Source: Octopus vulgaris
Lineage: Eukaryota
Length of the DNA stretch: 64,000 nt
Direction: 5' to 3'
Assembly: GCA_951406725.2 (NCBI GenBank)
Contig: OX597815.1
Location: forward strand, 182,342,001 to 182,406,000
Every line of letters starts with the position of its first letter. Position 1 is the stretch's first letter. The notes beneath the pieces are model-generated. The model did not search any database and had not been told where the DNA came from. It was given only the letters and a program-made list of their open reading frames with translations. Shown here one piece after another: positions 53,725-64,000 of the stretch. The position numbers were made by a program, and so were the translations under genes.

Positions 53725-55337
53725 TTCAACATTTTTTTTTTTTTTTTTAATACAGTTCCTAATAGGATATAATTATAAAAATACAAGGAGATTTTTTAAA
53801 CATCAATGGCTATGAGGCGGCGCCAGAGTCAATTAGGAATCGAAGAGATGGATAGATGAAAAATATTTGAGAAAAACTGAATATTAACAGCCAGTGGCGG
53901 ACTGGCCAGGTTGCCAGCTTGCCTGATGGCAAGTTGGCTCCTGCGCCATTAGAATCCATATATGGGGGTCCATCCCCTCAAGTTTGAGAATTTTTTTATA
54001 TTCACTCCTGGAAGAATGCAGTATTTCAGCCTGGCTGTGTTTGTAGACAGTTGAAATGAATACTCTTAACAAATAAAAAATAATAAATAAATAATAGCAT
54101 TGTAGTTTCAGGTGGTCCCCTTTAGTCTCCTGGCAACCAACATTTTTCGACCCAGTTCGTCACTGTTAACAGCAGAACTGAGTTTAGTGGAGTTTGGATT
54201 AAGAACATAGATGCCGAAAGGTATTTTGTCCGACTCTGATTAGTAGAACTAAAACGTCTGAACTGGTCTGTAAGGCAAAAATGTAATGCCACTTGCTGTG
54301 GCTCCAAATGAACTCGACAAATATTGAACCAGCTGGAAAGCCCCTAGGTCAGACATTTTCAATCTATTTGACTTGGTGGCACATTGGAGATTAAGTGAAT
54401 TACGGACCGTATATTGTATGGAAACTTTAACAAAAGACTGTTTTAAAGTTTAGAATTTAGAAAAAAAGAACTTGAATACAACAAAGTTATAAGTACGTTC
54501 TATTTTTAAATATAGATTCAAGACGTGCAAGCATCACTTCTATTTTTCTTTAAAACATTTTTTTCTAAAAATCCGTAGCCTGCTGTTTAAGAAATACTGG
54601 CTTACATGATCACTCAGCCTGCTAGAAATAACAGCCAAATCTTCCACTACCATCATCTTACGTTGTAAATTAAAAAGAAAACTCGGTTTGATTACCGCTG
54701 GAATAATATTGAATATTGGTCTGTCTCCTTTGATCGGGGCTAACCAAGGGCTAAGAAAACAACAAGAACAACAACAACTACAGCAACAACTGTAAAACTA
54801 TAGGGCCGTGTTCAAGTCCAAAACAACGGCAAAGAAAAACAGCAGTTTATTGGGTTGAACGAATTAAAACCCAAAGATAGGAAATAAATGTACGGTTGAA
54901 AAAAATTGTGAGAGACAACATAAAACAAGATATCAGAGTTTGACAAACCGTATCAATGACGCACGATTTCAATTCCCAGCTGAATCTTTCTGAAATAAAT
55001 GAATATCGAAATAATCGAATAAAGAAGTAAATAAAAGTAATTACAGGAAAAAAAATTATCCTTGTTCCACATTCAGCTTTTCTACCAAATGATAAATATA
55101 GAAATTACTCGGTGGTCCGGCCTGCAAGAAGTAACAGCTAAATGACTTTGAGGTGCCATCTTGCCGTTTTCAAAAAAGGGAGGCACATTAGATAATATAG
55201 TCCAAGACATACCATACCGGGGAAAAGGACAAGAACATAGTGGGGTAGACTTTATTTAATTAAAACTCATTTAGGGCTAATCTGATGATGAATAACAACA
55301 ATAACAATAAACAGCAATATTTATAATGCTTCTTAAA

Positions 55338-55790
55338 GTGGTGAGCTGGCAGAATCGTCAGCAGACCGGGCAGAAATGGTTAGAGGCATTTAGACCGTCC
55401 TTATGTTCCGAATTCAAATTCCGTCGGCGTCGATTTTACATTTTATTCATTCGGGGTCGATAAAACAAGAACCAGTTAAGTACTGGGGTTGAAGCAATTG
55501 ACTTACGCCCTCAACTGAAATAGCTGACCGTGGGCCAAAATTTGAAACCAACGTCTACATACTTCTAAAAGTGGTGAGCTAGCAGAAACGTTAGTACGCC
55601 GGGGCAAATGCTCAGCGGCATTTCGCCCGTCTTCATGTTCTGAGTTCAAGTTCTACCGAGGTCGACTTTGCCTTTCATTTTTGTCAAGATCGATAAAATA
55701 AGTACCAGTTGAATACTGGGTCGATGTAATCGACTAGTACTCTTCCCCGAAATCGCTGCTCTGTTTTCGTGCCAAAATTTAAAATCAATA
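55338..55790 (+). mobile_element. Two tandem SINE family B copies
   Basis: gtggtgagct.gcagaa heads at 55338 and 55571. Confidence 0.8.
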
Positions 55791-56115
55791 CTTATCTACT
55801 TGTTATCAAAAGGGGAGCCGCTATATAGCTTCTTGACCTTGTAGAAACAGCAGTAAAGAAATCTTCCTCAAATCATAATAACACATCTCCATAAAAAGGA
55901 CTATTATTATGGCATTAAATAAACACGGTTTGACAAAAGCTATTTATCAAAAGGCAGGATAGCCGCGGCTGGAATTATTTAGATTTTGGATGTGCACCAC
56001 CAGCATCTCAACCACTATTATGATTGATCTGAAGGGGTCAAACAATAACAATAACAGCAAGAAAACGGCCCCAATTAGTCAAAGAGTAAGCTTTTGTTTT
56101 CCGTTTGTATTTTCA

Positions 56116-56670
56116 GGTGTGGCTATGTGGTAAGAAGTTTGCTTCCCGACCACATGGTTCCGGGTTCAGTCCCACTGTGTAGCGACTTGGGGAAAGGACT
56201 TGGTCGACCTAGGGCATAGCCTCAGGTTGATGAAGCCCTTGCGAGTGGATTTGGTAGTAGAAAATTGAAAGAAGCCCCGATAAAGCAGCCAAAACCACAT
56301 AAAATGTTTATACAGCACCTGGTGCTGTATGAACATTTAATGTGGTTTTAGAGTCAAGTTTTGGGTGCTATATCTAACATGGTGGTATCTTTTAGATACC
56401 CTTAATTATAATTTTAATAATAATTATTACCTATGAGGTTTTTTCCCATGCTAGCCACCTGATATGATCGGTATTTTAAATAACGATCTTATCCTTATTT
56501 ATATATATACCTTCGAAACACGCATTGAGTCGAACCAGGGGCAGCTGATGAAGGGGAATTTTCCTTGTATTGTTTGTCCTGTACTCTGTTGTTAAAAAAA
56601 GTCCGTTTCCTTGTTTGATTTTATGTTTTCGTTTCTCGTCGTGTTCTACGTTTATTTGTGGCGTCCTGTA

Positions 56671-56730
<60 letters not shown>

Positions 56731-56803
56731 TGTATATATACATATAGATGTAAGTATGTACAGTTATGTATGTATATATGCATATGTTTTATTTATTATA
56801 TTG

Positions 56804-56851
<48 letters not shown>

Positions 56852-57090
56852 GTGTGTGTGTGTCTTTGTGTCTTTGTGTCATTGTTCCCCCGCTATTACT
56901 GGGCAACAGGTGTTGTTTTGTTTACATCCTCGTGATCTAGTGGTTCGGCAAAAGAGACCGATAAAATAAGTATCACGGTTAAAAAAAATCAATAAGTACT
57001 GGGATCGGTTCATTCGGCTAAAAGTTCTTCAATGCGGCGCACCAGCATGGCCGCAGTCCAATGAATGAAACAAGTAAAAGATAAAAGAAA
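56116..57090 (+). mobile_element. SINE family A split by nested insertions
   Basis: 5' half 56116-56279 and 3' half ~56851-57090, separated by a foldback element, a family E element and (TA)n. Confidence 0.7.
56510..56674 (+). mobile_element. Family E element with permuted hammerhead boxes
   Basis: CCTTC-GAAA-CACGCATTGAG-TC ... CTGATGA-AGGGG; TA repeats on both sides. Confidence 0.55.
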
Positions 57091-57230
57091 ATAACATAAA
57101 ACAACACACTAACAAAACAACAAAATAAAGTTAAAACAATAATAGGTAAACAGAAAGATAAAGAACTAAAAGTGAGTGAAGTTTAAGGGGTTAATATTTT
57201 GCTTTTTTTCTACTTCTTTTTTAGACTCAC

Positions 57231-57311
57231 CTGTTTATTAAGAATTGGATATTAGGAAATAGAACTGCATTACTCAACATCTGGTTCGGCTGGAGGAGAC
57301 ATTTCCTCTGT
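57231..57311 (-). other. Candidate 81-nt host exon
   Basis: Long polypyrimidine acceptor ttttttattcttctctttctttctcatttAG and consensus donor CAG|GTGAGT; one open frame (QRKCLLQPNQMLSNAVLFPNIQFLIN). Confidence 0.45.
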
Positions 57312-57716
57312 CTAAATGAGAAAGAAAGAGAAGAATAAAAAACATCATAGAGGTTCTATAAATTCTCCTCTAATTCATGCCATTCACCTCGCACCCTCAA
57401 CTCCCGTCTGAGGTCTGTGTGAGAGTGTCTGTTGCTTTGCCTGTTCCTTCGTACGCGCGCCTAGCGTGTATACATGTGTGCATGAGTGTGTGCACGTGTG
57501 TACGTGTTAGTTGCATGGTGTTGAGAGTTCGGTCTTTGTTGTTGCTTTTCTTTTATCTTTATATCATTTACATATTTACCAGGTTATTCTTTTTTTTTTT
57601 TTGTAATATTTCTTTTCCTTCTTTCTAATTGGTCCTTTTTTTTCTTTTCATATTTAATTATCCGCTTTATCTACAGCTTTCTCCATTCATTCATTTATTG
57701 CTTTTGGCTTCCGTTC

Positions 57717-57853
<137 letters not shown>

Positions 57854-58047
57854 TTGCATATATATATGCATATATATGTGTGTGGGTGTTTATACATATA
57901 ATATATATTATATGTATAAACACACACACATAATACCTACATACATACACACATGAATACATACACACATATACATACATACATACATACATACATATAT
58001 CTTCCACTTCGCAGCAGTTGGGGGATCCCAACAAATCGTAATTTATA

Positions 58048-58084
<37 letters not shown>

Positions 58085-58551
58085 GTGTGTGCTTGTGAAT
58101 GTTTGTATAAATGTATCTATGCATGTATGTGTATATGTTGAGATGTTTGTGAAATTTATTTTTTTTAATATTTATGTCAATTTTGTTATTACTTTAAGCC
58201 ACTAAATTTATGGCTCGTTTATCCCACACTCACTAAATAAAATACAAACATAACCACGTACACAATCTCTCCTCCTCTCTCTCTCTCTCTCACACACACA
58301 AACATACATACTTACTTAAACACACACACACACTTAAACATACATACACACTCACAGAACTATATTCATACATGCACAGTCATACACATAGAAATATAGT
58401 TATTTACATGTCAGAAAAAAAAGGTATTTATTTAGATTAGATAGATAATGTCTTCGTTAAATATAGTTAATGTTAATGTGTTCAAGTGTCTTTTAATATT
58501 GTATTAGATGTATCGGGCTTCAAAACTAGTGGACCGTGGTTAGAAAAACAT

Positions 58552-58594
<43 letters not shown>

Positions 58595-59288
58595 TAGAGA
58601 GAGAGTGTGGTGGAAGCGAGTGAGAGAGAGAGAGAGAGAGAGAGTCAAATAGGCAGGTAGGCAAGGCAGACGGACAGAGATGCGAAGGTGCGTAGAGATG
58701 CGAAGACTGATAGAGAGAAAAAATTGGATTAAAAAATAGCTCCAGAAACATAACAAATGCTAGGAATAAGACATGCGAAGGAAATAGAGAGAGAACTGAG
58801 CAAGAATGAGTGGAGTGAGTTTGGAGGGGAAGTAAAAATTAATCAGGACACTGGATTGGAAACAAAAGAACAGGATGAGAAGTAAAATTGAGCACACGGA
58901 AGATAAGAAGAAGAAGACGAACGACGACGGGAAGAAAAATATGTTTGAGACTCTACACATATCATTGTTCGGAAAACTATGACAATATCCATGATTCTAT
59001 AGACGGAGAGAGCGAGCGAGAGAGAGAGAGATAGAGTCGGGGAGAGAGAGAGAGAAAGGGGGGGAGAGAGAGATTTAACCAACAAACTAACTAACGGAGT
59101 TACTTCCACCACTTTTAGATGGAAAACACTGGGATGCCGGCATTTTTACTGGAAATATAAAGTTTGTAAAATTACTTGCTGCAACTGTGTATTCTAAGAA
59201 CGTTAGTGGCAGGTAAGTAATTCCTTCTTTGGGACTCACAACACTTCCATCGTGTTTGTTTATGTGTAAGAGTGTAAATGCTTTGCAG

Positions 59289-59359
<71 letters not shown>

Positions 59360-59394
59360 CCTATCTATCTATCTATATATCTATCTAATCTGTC

Positions 59395-59425
<31 letters not shown>

Positions 59426-59529
59426 CTATCATCTATCTATCTACATACCTATTTATCTATCTATATATCTATCATTCTATCTACCCATCTATCTGTCTGT
59501 CTGTCTATCTATCTATTTCCTCTTTCTCT

Positions 59530-62055
<2,526 letters not shown>

Positions 62056-62734
62056 GGACAGACGCTGCTGTCAAGCGAGGCGTTACTGCTGTTTAGTCCC
62101 GGGTCAAGTCTGAACGGGAAAAAAACATATGTTTAAAAACATTCCAGGTGTGAGCTTTGCATTATTTGTTTTCTTTCGTTGTCTTTCGGTGAGGGGGGAC
62201 CCACCATTACATAATCTAATGTGTTCTTTTCTAATATCGTCGGGATGGGATTTAAAGGAGACGCTACTGATATTTCTAAATTACGAAGGGATTGTAAAGA
62301 GAGCCCTTTCGCTGCTTTGGCTCCCACAGCTATGTTTATGTCGCTTGGCTAATGGGAACACTATTTATGTAGTTGGGACGCTGTAGTATTGTATTACTGA
62401 CCAATAATATCACCAAATACCCTTAGTATGGCCGCAGTCCAATGACTAAAGCGAGTAAAAGATAGATTTTATATATATATATAATTTTTCTCTTACTTAT
62501 ATACATGTATGATTTATGTCATATGTGTGAGTGTATGTTTGTGCGTGTGTGCGTGTTTGCGTATGTATGTATGTACGTATGTATATATATATATGTATAT
62601 GTATATATATATACATATATTTATATATATGTATATATATATATGCATATATTTATATATATACGTACATATATTTATGTATATATATATATATGTACAT
62701 ATAAATATGTATGTATATGTATATATATATATAT

Positions 62735-62765
<31 letters not shown>

Positions 62766-62795
62766 CATACATACATACATACATATATATATATA

Positions 62796-62918
<123 letters not shown>

Positions 62919-62954
62919 GTATGTATGTACGTATGTATGTATATGTATACACAT

Positions 62955-63165
62955 TTGTTTCAGTAATTGCTCTGCAGCTATTATGAAGCACCGCCTAGAA
63001 GAATTTTAGTCGCACGAATTGACCCTACTGCTTGCTTTTAAATCTTGGAACTTATTCAGTCGGTCTCCTTCGCCGAACTCTTAAGTTATGGGGACAGAAA
63101 TACACCAACAATGGTTGTCCAGTAGCAGTTGTCTTGGGCAATTACAAACATAAAGACACATATAC
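62955..63165 (-). mobile_element. Old SINE family A-related 3' fragment
   Basis: ttgtttcagt..ttg..ctgcagc.at...gcaccgcc...gccgaac...taagtta.ggggac. Confidence 0.6.
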
Positions 63166-64000
63166 AAACACCCATATATGTAGAAAAAAATGAAAGTAAA
63201 AACGGGATGGTCAGTATTAGAACGCCTTTAATCCATGCCTGGTTCCTATTAATGCCAAACTTGTGCTAAATATCTTCATCCGAATGTAGATGCAAGGTTG
63301 TGTGGTTGTGCTTGTGGTGGGAGCGCGAATACTTATGTGCCCTTGTCTGGTTTTGTGTCTGTATTGCGTTCATATGGTTGTGTCCCTCAAATCGTGTTTC
63401 TGAGACTTATTCTATAAACAACATGACAAAGACGTCAGAGAATCGTGTGGAATATTTTGCAGGATTTGTTTCGGCTTTCTGTCGTGGACGAATTTGCCGT
63501 TTAACACTTTCTGGGGCAATAATTAAAATTCCCACAGAGCAATTCTCTCTCTCTCTCTCCCATTCTCTCCCCCTCTCTCCCCCTCTCTCTCTCACTCTCT
63601 CTGCTTCTCCCCCTAAATACCTACCCACCTGCCTATCTTTTTTATCTCTCAGTCCTGCCATGTATTGGTGACACGCATTCAATACGAGAATTACTTTAAG
63701 AGTACAAACGCCTGAAGTATACTCAGCTGCCTACACATTAATTTCACAAGAAAGTGTTTACATGTTCACGAAACTGTGAAACTGAGTGTATAATCTCGAA
63801 ACCGACGGAGAATTTACCATGCGTATAGCCTTTCAGTGTGTTACCTGATTAAAAATACAATCATTTAATAATAAGATGATAAAACAGTGAAATAAATGTG
63901 TTACTAACTCCTCCATTCCATTCTCCGTATGCTCATTGTTATCCATAGCATATAATAAAGTGTAATGAATATACTGTTAGTATATAACAGGCAAACCTCT

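Noticed and set aside
53892-54310. hAT-like terminus CAGTGGCGGACTGGCC
   Set aside because: No partner TIR or TSD located

Overview
AT-rich, microsatellite-dense eukaryotic DNA, probably intronic or intergenic. The (TA)n/(TG)n/(TAGA)n load and the tRNA-derived SINE families resemble an octopus/cephalopod genome; this is an inference, not a database match. No recognisable host gene is present, only a few candidate minus-strand exons. Most ORFs in the track are microsatellite artefacts. Protein-coding transposon remnants: a 5'-truncated Penelope-like element with an intact GIY-YIG endonuclease between inverted pLTRs (about 1058-2772), a decayed R4/Dong-type LINE (about 11.8-15.3 kb) plus three further fragments, and CR1-like, mariner and hAT remnants. 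The most striking signal is at least 11 full-length or near-full-length Penelope-type (minimal type I) hammerhead ribozyme motifs, plus several half motifs. They belong to about 6 short non-coding element families that sit mostly in (TA)n tracts and often form foldback or inverted structures. One pair shows compensatory changes in every helix, and one family joins a tRNA-derived Pol III head to a hammerhead tail. All structures and alignments were read by eye, so element boundaries are approximate.
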